Assembly: GCA_040954595.2 (NCBI GenBank) | Contig: CM082576.2 | Location: 9,923,129 to 9,987,128, forward strand | DNA from: Balanoglossus misakiensis | Lineage: Eukaryota > Animalia > Hemichordata | Length of the DNA: 64,000 nucleotides | Direction: 5' to 3' | Shown here: positions 25,501 through 39,271 of the stretch, in pieces | Layout of the letters: each line of letters opens with the position of its first letter | Position numbering within the stretch: position 1 is the stretch's first letter | Notes under the pieces: generated by a model | Seen by the model: only the letters and a program-made list of their open reading frames with translations | What the model was told of the DNA's origin: nothing | Databases searched by the model: none | Position numbers and translations under genes: made by a program

Positions 25501-28500
25501 AAATAGTGTTTTGTGTGTGTGTGAAAATGTAATGATCCAATTTAAATTTCTATTCCACGTATTCCATTCACATTACTCTGGTGTATAGCCAAAAGCTGTT
25601 TAAATAAATCCATTTTTCTTCATTACCTTCAAAATATCTCTTTATCACAACACTTACCCTTTTTTCCATAAAAGATTTATGTCAATATTTGATATATACT
25701 GGAAACAAGAAATTTTGACAAATAAATTTTCAGACATATTTAGTGATTTTACAGATAGCCTCTTGCCTCATGTACCAGGCTTACAAATATGCGTTGATGT
25801 TTATTTTTATGTGAAAATAAAGTTGTGAAATGAAAGTTGAGTGCAAGATTTTAAATACTGATGCATGCCAACTACTCTCAGAAAATTAATATATTGTCAA
25901 TTCTGTATTTTACAGCCAGTTTAGTATGTGAGCAAGTTTTTATGGCAGGCTAAAATTGGCCTAATTTAATTAAGCAGATTGCTTTTCTATTGATTATAGT
26001 AATTACTCCTTTGGAATTTATCCACAGTTATAATTATATGGCAGAATGTAAAATAAATCTCATAAATGTAAATACTAGTATTTGGATTGAGGCTACTATG
26101 GCAGTGAAACGAAAAACTGTGTCTTTTTTTCTCTAAGTGAAGTGTTATACTGGTTCACTTCAGATTGTGAATGAAAGTTTGGGAATGATCAGTGCGAGCA
26201 GATGAGAGAAATGTTAGATCTGATCTGAAAAATAAAACGACCTAGCATTTTTAAAAGGATGGGTTAACTAATAGGTTTAGGGCAATATATTTATCAGATT
26301 TGCCAGAATGGAAATGCAGATAAGCAAATTACCATCTGAATCCTCACAAGATTATTGTAACCATGGTGATACATTGATGTGTATGTTCCAATGTGTGGTG
26401 TGTAATATAATTTTCTGCTCTGAATGATTCTTCAATTTACGTGCTTTGATTTAATAATAGATGGGAAGCAATTATTGTTGGCTGTTGCTCTGGTTAAATG
26501 TCTATATGTGATTTGGGGAAGGTGACAAGCATTTGTCTGTGACATACACCACCCTTTATACCCCAATTTCCCAGTGTCAAAGTCAAACCTCTTCATTGAT
26601 ACTACTTCATTGACAACATCAGGTTGAGATATTTCATGGGGCCACTAGGCCAGGCCAGGGGTGGTGGTGTACATATATTACAGTAAGTTTATCTGAAAAT
26701 ACTGTACCAGACACTGTCTCCCATTGTCCACTTAGAATGAGATTCGATCCACATGAGTGATCACCATCAGGTGCATGGGTGATTTGAATAAATCAGTAAT
26801 TTAGAACAATGGCCGTAAATCAAACTCTGTGTTCTATTGTTAAGGCTTGACTGAACCTCGATTACATGAACATACTGAACGAATGACCAGATTTTCTCAT
26901 TGACATGTAAATTAATTAGAAGATAAAAACATAAGTTTAAAATAGTGTTGAGGCATATAAGATCAAATTTCTCCAGAATTTGAAAGTGGAAAAGAATTCG
27001 CATTTATCAGAGAACATCAAAGTCATGGTTTGAAGTATTCTGCATCAAAGACCTTCAATTTCCATTTACCTGGTATTATTAAGGTGTATTATTTCCGTCT
27101 CGTGATAAAAAGTAGTGAAATCATGATTTGATTGATTTGAAAGAGATGTTTTAATATAGTGCTTAATGTCAAGGATTGCCCCAACACTATTTGTGAGTGA
27201 AGAAAAAAATAAATAATGCCAAATTAACCATCCGTAAATGTGCAGAGGTGGAAATGGACCATTGCATGAAATGTCGTGCAGGGTGGTTATTCCCCGGGAA
27301 GCTGAGGCACCCAAACAGGAATCCCTGTCAAGTGAGCACGGCGGAGGTGATATTGAAGTGCACGGACTGTGAGGTGCCGGAATAATAGATGACGTGACAT
27401 GCACTGGCTCCGGGCATTGTCCCAAAATACATGGACCGTTAGTCGACATCATGTCTCGGAGTTAACCGATACCCGTCTCGCTGCCAACGTCATGTCGCAC
27501 GCTCGACGTGACAGTTTTCTATACCCCGCAACAACAGAAACAAGAGACAAATGTGCCAGCCCAGTGGAAATAATGGCCACTTCCCGTTTTTCTAGCACCG
27601 ATATTCATTAAACTCAAGTTGCCATTACGGCTGCCATTGGAGCAGACGGATATGGATAGACATGCACAGCTGCTCTACTTTAAAATATTTTCTACAATGA
27701 ATTTACTGTTCAAGACGTCTACCAACATAATTTTTTTTTCAATGGTCGCAATATCTTGATTCTAGGAGAAAAATTTAAAATTGTTTTCAACAGAATCCAG
27801 TCTTTAAAATGATCAGCATTTTTTTTCAACAAATATTAAAGACTTCAATTTTTTGTCAATAATATTGTTTCTATTTTTAAGATTAAAATTGCCTCTTTGT
27901 AAGTTGACCTAGTTGTCACGTCTTGGAACTGAATCCAAGCATCGCCCTGACAACCAGACATGCATCCATGGCAACCATCATTTGCATGGATTCCAAGGAT
28001 GAGTCTCACAGCTACATGTCCTTGAGACAAACATGGGAATTATTTTGTGAATTATTTCATTAATTCTTGCGGTCTTGCACTGATAACACAACTCCCAGCT
28101 GGCGTGCGTTTGTATTTCTTGCCCAGTGGGCGTCTGTGCACGGCCACACATAAAGCCGTGGACTACCAGAAATATTACAAAGTATTTTACTCATTTGAAA
28201 TATTTTCATAACAAACAAGCAGCAGGGAAACACAATCACTACCACACATCTTCGCATCGAGTGAACTCTGACCTTTCAATGAAAAAAAAAATGGTTTGGG
28301 CAAAAAAAAAGCCAAATATATTAGCCTGTCAGATTTGTTTGCACTTTTTATTTTTTGAAACATAATTCAATGCTCGACTCACCAGTGTTTACACTGATTC
28401 TGTAAATCCTACATGGATCAATGGCACATGGGGCCTAACTCTTTCCGTATTCGTTCGACTGAACAGAAGGATACCTATATAGTAATCCTGTACAGATTCA

Positions 28501-31500
28501 AGCAAAATGGCCATTTATGTATTCAGGACACTGTGTCCACTAAAGGTGCCATAATGGTCCCTAATGTGCCACTCAGCTGTGTTATATTTCGTAATTCTAA
28601 GGAAGAGATTACAATATAATGACGCTGTATAAATGCGTGAGTCGAAAGTTAAAAATAGTCCATATTTCACTCAGAGGCAGTAATTCAATAGTCTCTAGGG
28701 TGAACACTGTTGTTTTTTAAATCCTCTCTGCAATGGGAATTTTTTTTTCTGCTTGACATACTACGTGAACTACATTTCAGTATATAATTTTTGTAAAAAA
28801 ATTGGACAAATAAAATCAGATTGCAGTAAATTTCCATTATTGTTTCTTTTGAATAGGAACAGGTGTTTTATTAGATGTTGAAATCTAGAGAAAAATTTTG
28901 TAAGATCAAATTGTATAATTTTTTTCTGATTTTATAGCCTGGAGATTAATATGACCTAGCTATCAGTCACAATGTCCCTTCATACCGTAATTCATACACT
29001 AAACCAAGCAAGTAATATTTGTCCCACAATCTTGTCCATTTGCGCATGTCGCCAATATCATTTTTCAATAACTAAACACTGATTTCTTGCATGTTTATAT
29101 CGATAGCGCGAGAGAACTGCCATCGTGGGGACCCAAAGTGAGCATGATGGTGTTATCAAGCTGACAAGAAAGTTAGTAGGTACGTGCTATCAGGCAGCTG
29201 CTGTTTTTTTCAGACAACGTCTGGTTTGACATTGAAGAGATAAATGTGGGTCCTTGCAGATGACGTCCGCGGAGTCACGCGCACTCTCTCTCGGCTGAAA
29301 AACACTTTATTGTTCCAGCAGGATCAACAACCAGGAAAAGATGACTCTCCTTGAACTGTGAAAGTGACCAGCCATGAAAAGACGTTTAATTTACCATTCA
29401 TTATCATGATTTAAAACCTTGTTCTCGGTTTGTTGGAGACTGTAACAGAACACAGTCGGTACATTTTAATCACAGTAAAAAAGACCTGCGGGATATTATA
29501 TAGGTAAAAGCAACGTCGTACAAGTGGGCATCCATTGAAATTCTGAATTGGCAGCTGCAAAGGTTGAGTTCCGGCCCGAGAGCAGATCCATTAATGCAAT
29601 TCACATTGAAAATGTCAGAATTCATTTGTCACATTTGGTGCCATTGGACACGGGATGAATATCAATTAGTTTAAGAAGGTCCGCATTCAATGGTCCAATT
29701 TCAGCGATACATTCTGCTTCCATTCCGGTAATGGTTTGACTGTCATTTCTGTTTTCAGTTGGGATTATCAAATTACCCAGTACAAAAGACATTCTTTTCT
29801 TTAATCCATTTTGATATCTTTAAACCTCCACATGAAAGTGACCATGAATTAGAAATCAATTTTTACATTGTCCTCCAAAAATAATCCTCCGCAAAAAATA
29901 AATTGATTGCACAAAGGCAATTTTGTTTTCATTAACTCCCACTTGGCAACTAGCATGTTTCTCTGGTTCAGGTGTGGTGTCAACCTTGTTGACAGAAGAA
30001 AACCACTGCTTCTCTATAATGCAGCAAGCAAAGGGTTTCACTTCTCAGCCCCACGCTGGGCTCCATTCACATGACCGCGGTGATTTACTGCCATTCTACG
30101 TCATTGCTATTGAAAAACATCTTATGGGTGAACGACCCCCAAATGACATTACCACGTCACCAGATATGATTTTTCCCTTTCTTGTGCGGCGGGCTCGCGG
30201 CTACGCACAATTATACTTGGTCAGCACTGAGGGAAGGGGTACTGTTTACTGACGTCCCGGCGATTAGTGGACATGTAGCCAAACAATTAAAAACAAACCA
30301 CAAGTAACAAAGGTAGGGTGTGTTCAGTATCCCAGTCTTTAACTGCGGCTCTATCGGCATTCACGCACACACTGGACGACTGTTTTGTGAAGAAGAAGAA
30401 GAGAAAAAAATCTAGAGAAAAGCGGTATTGAGTTGGCAACAAACCAACAATAAATTAACCCTTACACTGAGACATGTTGAGGAGAATGCAAAGGGTTTTA
30501 GCTCTTGGATCCTGCGATGAGCACAATGAGAAGTCTTAAAAGACCAAAAAAATCAACTTTTACAATTTGCTGATTTCAACTTTTACAATTTGAAATCAGC
30601 GGTTAAACCCCCTAAAAAAAACTCTCACTGATCAGAAGGAAAAATAAATATCACTTTTAAGTTACAGTTGGTACTCGATTAGTGTGTTATATGTGTACCT
30701 CGTGTGTTGTTACTTTGCAAATGTACGTCAATAAAACTTGGTGGTTTATAAACCGCAGAAACCCTCGGTGTTAAATACCTGTTGTCTTGAATAAAAGCTG
30801 CCACTGGTGAGTGCAGCACAGTTCGAGACAACAGCGAGTGCCCTGGGATTAAAGTCTTGTTGTCAGTGGTTACAATGAAAATGTCAAAATCTAGGAAACG
30901 TGCCCTTTGTCTACTCATGGGAAGACGGTAAAAAAAGCAGTGGCCAAGTTATGTAAAATGACAATGTGGCTAAAACATCTCAATAAATTGTCCCACCGCA
31001 CAATGGAAGGTGAGCTCATTTGACGGACAATTAGACAGCTATTAAACTGTCAACAGTTTTATGCACCTGTAAATTATACACAAATTCCGGCCACTGCTAC
31101 TCTTTGACCACACAGCTAAGTCCTCCTAATGCCCCAAGAAAACAAATCGTGACCCCTACCCTACTTTGGTCGACCCAGTCAGAAAGGCCACCACTTGGTT
31201 GCCATGGATGCCATGCAAATCTTGAAGAATTTTCAAATTTACATCTCGTGAATCCAAAAAAACATCAATTTCTTTCAACTTTGCCAGTCAATGCAGAAAC
31301 ACAATTGTGGCTTTTGACAGAAACTATCCACAAAATTGATATGAAAATTTGCATTTGTTTGGTTGGTCAAACTTACATTGGCACGGGCAGGCACCACTCT
31401 TATTGAGATCATCTTCAGCAGACAGACAGCCTTCGGTAATCATTACGAAAAGCATTTAAGTATTGATTTTCTTTTGCTGTCCAAGCCGAGAATAAGAACC

Positions 31501-34163
31501 TTTTGATGTCTGTCTGCAGTGCCCGCACGCACGCACACACACACACACACACTCACTAAACCTTATCTTAAGCTCATTATCAAAATTCTTAGCACTTTAG
31601 TTTCACTGATGAAAATACATCCAGCTGGTATGAAAAATTTCACAGAATTGTGACAGTTATGTCAGACGATAACCTGCAGAGTTTGAAATTTGACATTGTT
31701 GTGCGCGCAAAAAAAAATGCCAGTGAACTGGAAAACTGTCATTCTGACGTTTCACATTCATGAGTGCCAGTTTCTCGGTTACTCAGCAACCCCTGAGCAT
31801 ACAACAACCGGCGCTGGCATTGTAAATGATGTAAATCTCACCGCAGCGCACAAATTACACCATAGACTGTACAGCCATGTCAACCTCATGTCATACTGCA
31901 ATGAGAGGCTGATGTCATTCAAAACAAGCACATGTGCCATCACACTTGACATCTCACATGGATACCAACAGAGGTACATCTAACACAGTAGACACAGGTT
32001 GCTGTCTTTGGAGCCTAAAAAATCATAGAGGTCAGAGGTCAATAAAATATCTCTGACCTCGCCAATGCTGAGTGCCCTCTCCAATGAAGAGTGGCATGAG
32101 AGGAACTGAAACACGCCGACTTCATCAAATCATAGTCAGTTCCTCTCTTAGTTTAATCCTACTCTTCCATTACGGCCCATTCACCCATCTCATTTAAATG
32201 TAATCCTTTAATTCAGGGCTACGTAGAGGTCACACTGACGCAACCGCCAGTACAATTGACCGATTGTGTCTGCTTGTGAGCACTGGCAGTTGCCCCTGGC
32301 AACACAGTCCCACCAATTCATGTTTCTTGAAAAAAAAACTGACTCTGAGTTTTACGGTTCAACTGCTCATAAGCTTCCACTCGGTTACAACAATGCCATA
32401 TCATTGATCAAGTGAATGACATAATGAAAACAGGTCTTGCGGTTGTCACGTTTTTTTCATATCGATGATAAAATACATTTCAAAATACTTTGGAATGCTT
32501 CCCAGTGTCACCAACAGAACACCAACAGATTGCACTAAAAGCACTTGTCTTCAAGATGGTTTGAACACACATGACCATGACTGAGAGTAAATCCACCCGA
32601 AAGTTGGACAAAGCAAATCGGCATAATCTGCTTAGCAAATGGGTGTGGAAAAGAAAACTTTTTTTCTGTGTGCACGCTAATGCCCCGCGCACAAGAAAAA
32701 ATAAATTCATTTAAGTGCTAAACGCAAACACAAATAACCAGCCATTGCAGAAGGCATGTCTTGGAAAACACTTTAATGACTGATCTGAATGTTCATACAA
32801 TGACGCAGAGAATAATTTGCACTACTTATCCAGAAAAAACACTACCCGGGGCCGTGACGTAACCTCCACTCGACAGCACCGACTCGCAAAGCTTCGCTCA
32901 ACGCTCACGCCTAACTTTTCGTTTGCATCCTGCCAATCATTTATTGTTTCAAGTGCGCGCCGGCTTTGTCGGCTCGCGCCTGATCCGCGTGGTGCTTGTA
33001 AATTGCGAGACACTGAGCTTCTTTTGATCCCCAGTCTCGTAATCTTGTAACTACACAATGCGATAACTGTCGAGATAAAGGAAAACCAGGCAGGCATGCC
33101 ATCCTCACCTAATTGATCAAAGTATGCCACGCTCTCACCTGATCTGCTCCAATCAATGCCGCTCCTAAATTATTCAGAATGCCAGACAAACGGGCTTGCC
33201 AAAGTTTATCAATAAACAACAATATGACACACACCCAACAATGCACAAACAGAATCTCCCCCATTAAAAATAAATAAAGTATCAATATTTAAAACGGGAA
33301 TGTCAAACATTCTGCAGTGGAATAAAACAATGAACGCCACTTTTTCTTCAAAATATAACTGTTAGTTTTAAAATGGCAGCTGATGTGTAAACTTCAAGAA
33401 ATGACCAACAATTGTTGGTAGCCCCTTCCCATTTCATTTCTTCTCGAAAATTGAAATTAATGTCGAGGCCAGATGTTTTATGAACTAAAACAGGAAACCT
33501 CTGCTACTTTTTCCCACGTATGAAGCATGTTAAAATTAATTTGTACTGAATCTTTTTTAAGAACTGGCTATTTTGTTGATATAATGAAGGTGTATGATCT
33601 TGAAGATATGTAATGAATTTCGACTATTGTACAATGCATTATAAGCAGAAATTTATACATCAAAAATTATGGCAAAAAAAGAAATAAAGTATACTGTATG
33701 TAAATGACATCTGTCTGTCTGTCTGTCTGTTGTGAGGTCCATTGTGTGACCTCACAACATATTGCGCCTCTCTCCATTATAGACTAACACAAACAGCCCT
33801 CAAACACACAATGGGTCAGTAAAATTGAATTGAAGAGAGACTGCATGCAAGCAGCTAGTACCTGTCTATTCACTGATAACCCACAAAGATCACATTGATG
33901 ACCATGCTTGAGTCTAATTGCCCTGGATTTGCTTTATCACCAGTTTTGTGCGATTTTTTGTCCCCTTCTTCTTTGCTGCTGCGTGTTGCAAATGGTTTCG
34001 GGTAGCAGAGTCAATGCAGACTCTAAGGAACTCCACTCCACGTGGTGTCCGTCTGTCCTCTCAGTACTTTTTTGTTGTGTCGATGACCAGAACGAGGTCT
34101 TCATGAGCTTCTCTCTCATAAATGGGTCCTTCACTTGTACACCCCTCTATACAAGCACACGTG

Positions 34164-36770
34164 CTACACAAAACAGCACAGCTTCTTCCAGCCCTTCTTC
34201 ACGTGCTCGGATTCGCTGACTCGGTACTTTTTCATTTTCTTTGACTTCTTCTTCTCGAGCGCCAGCGCCTGGTGCTTCAACGCCGTGACTATGACGTTGT
34301 CGAACACCTCCTTCAGGTTCTTTTGAGTCAGCGCCGAGCACTCAACGTATCCTATTGCACGTATTCTCTCCGCCCGCGTTCTGGCGTCCTCCTCCGTGAC
34401 CGGCCTCTCGTGGAACTTGGCCAAGTCTATAAGTACTTTGACGTCGTTTCGCAGGTCGCTCTGGGTGCCCACCAGCAGGATTGGGGTCTTCTTGTTGTGC
34501 TTCCTTATCTCGGGGACCCACTTTTCCAGGACGTTGTGAAACGACGTGGGCGAGACCACGCTGAAGCACAGCAGGAACACATCCGTCTGTGGGTAGCAGA
34601 GCGGTCGCAGCGAGTCGAAATCATCCTGTGATGCAAGGAGAGAAGGGGAAAGATTCAATTTTCACGTCACGAAACTGCAATATTAGGAAACGCTAGTGAA
34701 CACAGGAAACAGGATCAAAGGGGCCAATAGCTGGAGGCCATCGAGTGATTTCCCCCCATGTGGGAAAGTGATTTACCCGGCACATTAATGCACTTTACAA
34801 GAACACCACCAAGGACACTAGGGGAACTATCACCCCAGATGAGTCCAGCATGATTGCCATTGCCTCTGTTGACGTCAGCACTTGAAAGTAATACCCTTCA
34901 GTTACACAAGCAAAGTCGCTGAGCATACCGCGGTATTATATGACTGGAGTTGCAGGCATGCCATGCCACCATATCAAACATCCCGATAAATCAACACCCT
35001 GCAGTTTTTACATGTAACACGTTCAAATACAAATACATGTACAGTGTGTACCTGTTCCCACAAATCATACCTACATCACCACAATCTGAAATTGCTTCTT
35101 GCCATTTTATCAGTTACAGTTGTCAAGTTCAAACCAGACATCTATCACAAGTTGCCTCTGGCACAGCCTGATATGATGTTTAATATTTGTTGAGCTATTT
35201 ATAAGAACCTTTTGACGAAGTCACTTGTCTGATATGTAACTGGCAGGTATCTGGCACAGAGCTGGGTCATTTTTAAAGTGTTTGCTCTAGGTCCTCTATG
35301 TTTGTTTTTTGCTCAGCTATCACAATTCCCTGGATGTGTAAGAGGCAGGATGTTGTCCGTAAGGATCTTGGGAAGCTGCGTGGAGATGACTTTTTCCAGG
35401 AATTCGTCCCCTGTGTGTGCCCATGTAATTTTGCCAGTGGCACCCAAGGGCCTCTATAAAACACAGGGCGGAGGCCAGTGGTTGCCCTAAAAACACAGGG
35501 CCGCAAAATGGAAGTTTTAACAACAGTCATACCGCAGGTTAAACCCGTCACCCTGCCCTCTAACCCGCAACAAACCACAAAAGCTGTGCCGATGCACCAA
35601 ACCGACAAGAAGTTTCACAGCTGCCGAGGTCTTCACACACCGTTCCACACAGGAGATCATGCACAGTAAAATGGATGAGCATCGTGGACTTGTCACAGCT
35701 TTGAAAAGCGGGCCCACCAAGAAACCATGCATGAAAACTATGTTCAAACCAACATAGTGTATAATCATGTAACTAGGGAAATATGTCAACCCGACCACAC
35801 TGATATTTTTGTTGTGATGCCAGGAATACCTTGATAATTGATTTTTTCGTGGAAGTCCATTTGGAGTCATTGACATTGCTTTACTTTCCCTGCAGAAGGG
35901 CAGAGTGAGCGAATGGTGGAATGAAATCAAATGTTCTTAAAACAAAAATCTGGGAACTCTGCAAAACTATCTTACCTGTCCCGCTGTGTCGCACAACTGT
36001 AACTGAATCGGTTTGTTGTCAACTGTTACAACGACTGCAGAGAGAGAGAGAAAAGAACGATAAACATCAGTTTCAGCATTGTTTCGAGGTGTCCACAACA
36101 TGTCATAGCCAATGAAATATTAAGAGAAGTGCCAATTAGCCTGAAAACAGCCGAAGGAAAGTAAGCGTTGATTGTTGGGTGGGCTTACATAATGTTTACA
36201 GCTGAAATGTACAAACACTTTGGCTGAATAGGCGTATAGAATTGCACACAGGAAAACCGATACAAATGCTTTATTTTCGCCGTGTGTCGAACCACAAAAG
36301 CGGTTTCTACAATTCTCCCCCGGGGTATACCCTTGCCCCATATTCGAACTTGTTCGTAATCAAACATTTATATCAACTTCGTTACGCGTACATGTATTGT
36401 ACACCACCAACTGATCTTTGGCTATGAATGACTCATTTAGCGCTGAGCAACAGAACACCTCACAGAATGACTTCAGTATCTATATTTGTACGTTTTATCT
36501 CAACAAAAAGTGACATGTTTTGCACCTCGTACGATTTCTTATCAGGCTGCCCAATCTGTAATTACCTGAGTAATTATCATACGCCGTGGGTACATATTCC
36601 GTGGGATAACCATTGGTCGTGTAGCTGACGATAAGGCTGGTTTTGCCGACTGCCCCGTCCCCAACCAGCACACATTTGACCTTCTGGTCGGCCAGTTGGT
36701 CGGCAGTTCGACTCATCTGGAACATCAAACTGGCTGCGGAAGGACCAGTTGATTGTACGTACGGCGGCAT
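34164..36770 (-). CDS. RHOU: Rho-family GTPase RhoU/RhoV (Wrch/Chp), 3 exons, ~241 aa
   Basis: Exons 36770-36566, 36034-35976, 34625-34164. Motifs [50 protein letters not shown] (atypical G4), ECSALTQ and C-terminal KKLCCFV. Confidence 0.96.
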
Positions 36771-36845
36771 AATATAACTGCTAGCTGTACTTGTCGAATC
36801 CAGACTTGATGGAAATTGCGTTTATGTGTCGGAGATACAGCGCAA

Positions 36846-36867
36846 ATGATGATGATGATGATGATGA
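36846..36867. repeat. (ATG/CAT)n repeat in the RhoU 5' leader
   Basis: Directly visible. Confidence 0.85.
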
Positions 36868-39201
36868 CAACCAGCTGTGATCGTCGCGTCGTCCACCAGG
36901 TCACCAACGGACGACACTGCCCACACGGACGGCGCGGCACAAAACTTGTTCTACGATTTTCAAAACACCGAAGACTGGTTTCTTCGCGATCGCATATATC
37001 TTCGCGTTGGACTGGCGTCTGGAGTTACGGTGTCGACATCCACGACCCAAAATGATTTCTGTCGCGGAAAATTGGCGATATTTCTAGACTTCCATACACG
37101 CAAAATATCGCGCAAGGCGATCTCCCTGTTTGAAACGACGGCTAACATGGATAGGATAGTGCACACGTACTGCAGTGCGTGAGAAACTACACAAGATAGA
37201 AGCTACCATTATAATTAAAGGGGTGGTCGGAATGTAACCATCGCTTTCAAAAGGTTACTGCAGAATATTTTCTGCGTTGTTTTAATTTTATGATGAACAG
37301 TCACACTACATACCTCAAAATTACAATAAAATAACTTCATCAAGAACTCATCTACTGAATAAGACTAGTTATGAGAAATTATCACTACGAGATATCGCAT
37401 CGTCGTGTAAATGGCATAATCCGAAGTTGCCCATTGGTTGAGTTATTTTAGGTGTTCAGTATATCAGTTGAATCAACCGTGGGCGGTAACCACAAACTTT
37501 CATCATGAGTCCTGGGGTTGTAATAACTCAGCGGAGAAAATGGGTCATTGCCTGATTCACGGACGCGGTTCAAGAAATAGAGTCTGTAATGCCTCCATTA
37601 AACAAAATACTGCTTAAATTATTAATTAATCTTTTCATCGAGAGCTAAAAGTAAAAGTAATGCATTGAAAATATTAATTTACATTTATGCTTTTAGTTAA
37701 AGTAAACATCGACCAATCATGTCCAGGTTGTAAGAATAAAACCAAGTTTTTTCATCTCTTCATGATCTTGTTAAAACTTTCTTCTTTTCAGGAAATAGTT
37801 TGAACAATCGGTCATATTTTATTTCCTATAAAATGAAAGTGGACACACTGGTTTCAAGCATTAATCATGTTGCAACCATTAAAGTTTCATATTCTCGTTT
37901 AATCAACTTCAATTCGCTAGTAAAATAGGCAGTATACCAACTTTATCATTATTATTTTGGCAGTACAGGGAAATTACTCGGCAGCGTGGCGTCCACTTTG
38001 AGGTCAGATTGACCTAGCCAAACGAGGCCTGGATGCTGCATGGCCTCACGCCCCAATCACACTGTCACATTCAACCGTAGATGGCGCTAAGTGTGGAATT
38101 TGGCCAGTTGGCATAAGAGTTGATGACTTCTTCAGATACTAGTAGATAGGTCAGGGATTCTATCCTCCACGAACAAAAGCGGACTTTGACGTAAGTCTGA
38201 CATGTGTGGAGAAATACATGAAGATGGGCATCTCAGATAAATGGTGACATCCAGGTCTTGATGAACAGGACACAATCAACACATTAATCACATCCCATTC
38301 ATTACAAGAAAAAATCTCTCGTCTTGAAGTATAAAGCCCATGTTCGCCACGTCACCTATGGTTCAGGGACCACTTGCAGAGTTAAACCACCCACTGAAGA
38401 ACCGAAATGAAGATTTTCACACTGACATTTGAGCCAAAGAACAGATATTTCGGATAGAATCAGCTCAGATGAACAATTTGATCCACGCAGGTCAAAATCG
38501 CAGTTTCATAATATCTGATATCACTACATTTCCGTTATATGCTACTTAGTCAAAATCAATGCACCCACGTCAGTTTAGGGCATACAATACATTTTATGCA
38601 TACAAGAATTTTGATATTGTGAAAAGAAGTTGATTTTTACAGCAGGTTTGAAAGAAATCAATGAAAGCAAATGTTGAAAGTGAAGATGACCGACAGAAAG
38701 TTGGTTTATTTTCATCTTTATTTAGTACATGATATCAAACATCCCTTGCCAAATCACCCCAGATAACAAAAGGAATATGGCCAAACCCTCACATATTTCA
38801 GAGGCAATAATCTGTGCGAGTAAAAAAAATATACCAATCCCTGTATTTACAGTAATACATATCTATACTGAGCATTTGCAATCCTCATTCATAAGCATCC
38901 ATGTCACAATAATCATACAAAATACACAAAATATTAAAGAAATTTTGGTCAAAAATTAGAATATAATCTACAAAGCACAAACTTTTCCCATGTGATGTGG
39001 CAGATGGATTAACTGCCCATTTACCCAATGTACACCTCTCCAAACCATTTATTGTCCAGATTTTAACAATTTAGACAAAATATTGCTTAAAGTTAGTCAT
39101 GTGACAATTTGGACAAGATTTTGAAACAATTTAGCTTACATGGAATTGACATGTATTCTTTTCTGTTTATATCTCCACATTACAATTTGCACACACAATA
39201 G

Positions 39202-39271
39202 AATACAACACAATACAAATACAATACACTACAATACAATATCATACAATACAATACAATACAATACAATA
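39202..39271. repeat. Imperfect (AATAC)n pentanucleotide repeat
   Basis: Directly visible. Confidence 0.9.

Noticed and set aside
35453-35503. Short duplicated AAAACACAGGGC motif in a RhoU intron (also a ~19 bp duplication at 43000-43046)
   Set aside because: Two-copy local tandem duplications with no further structure.
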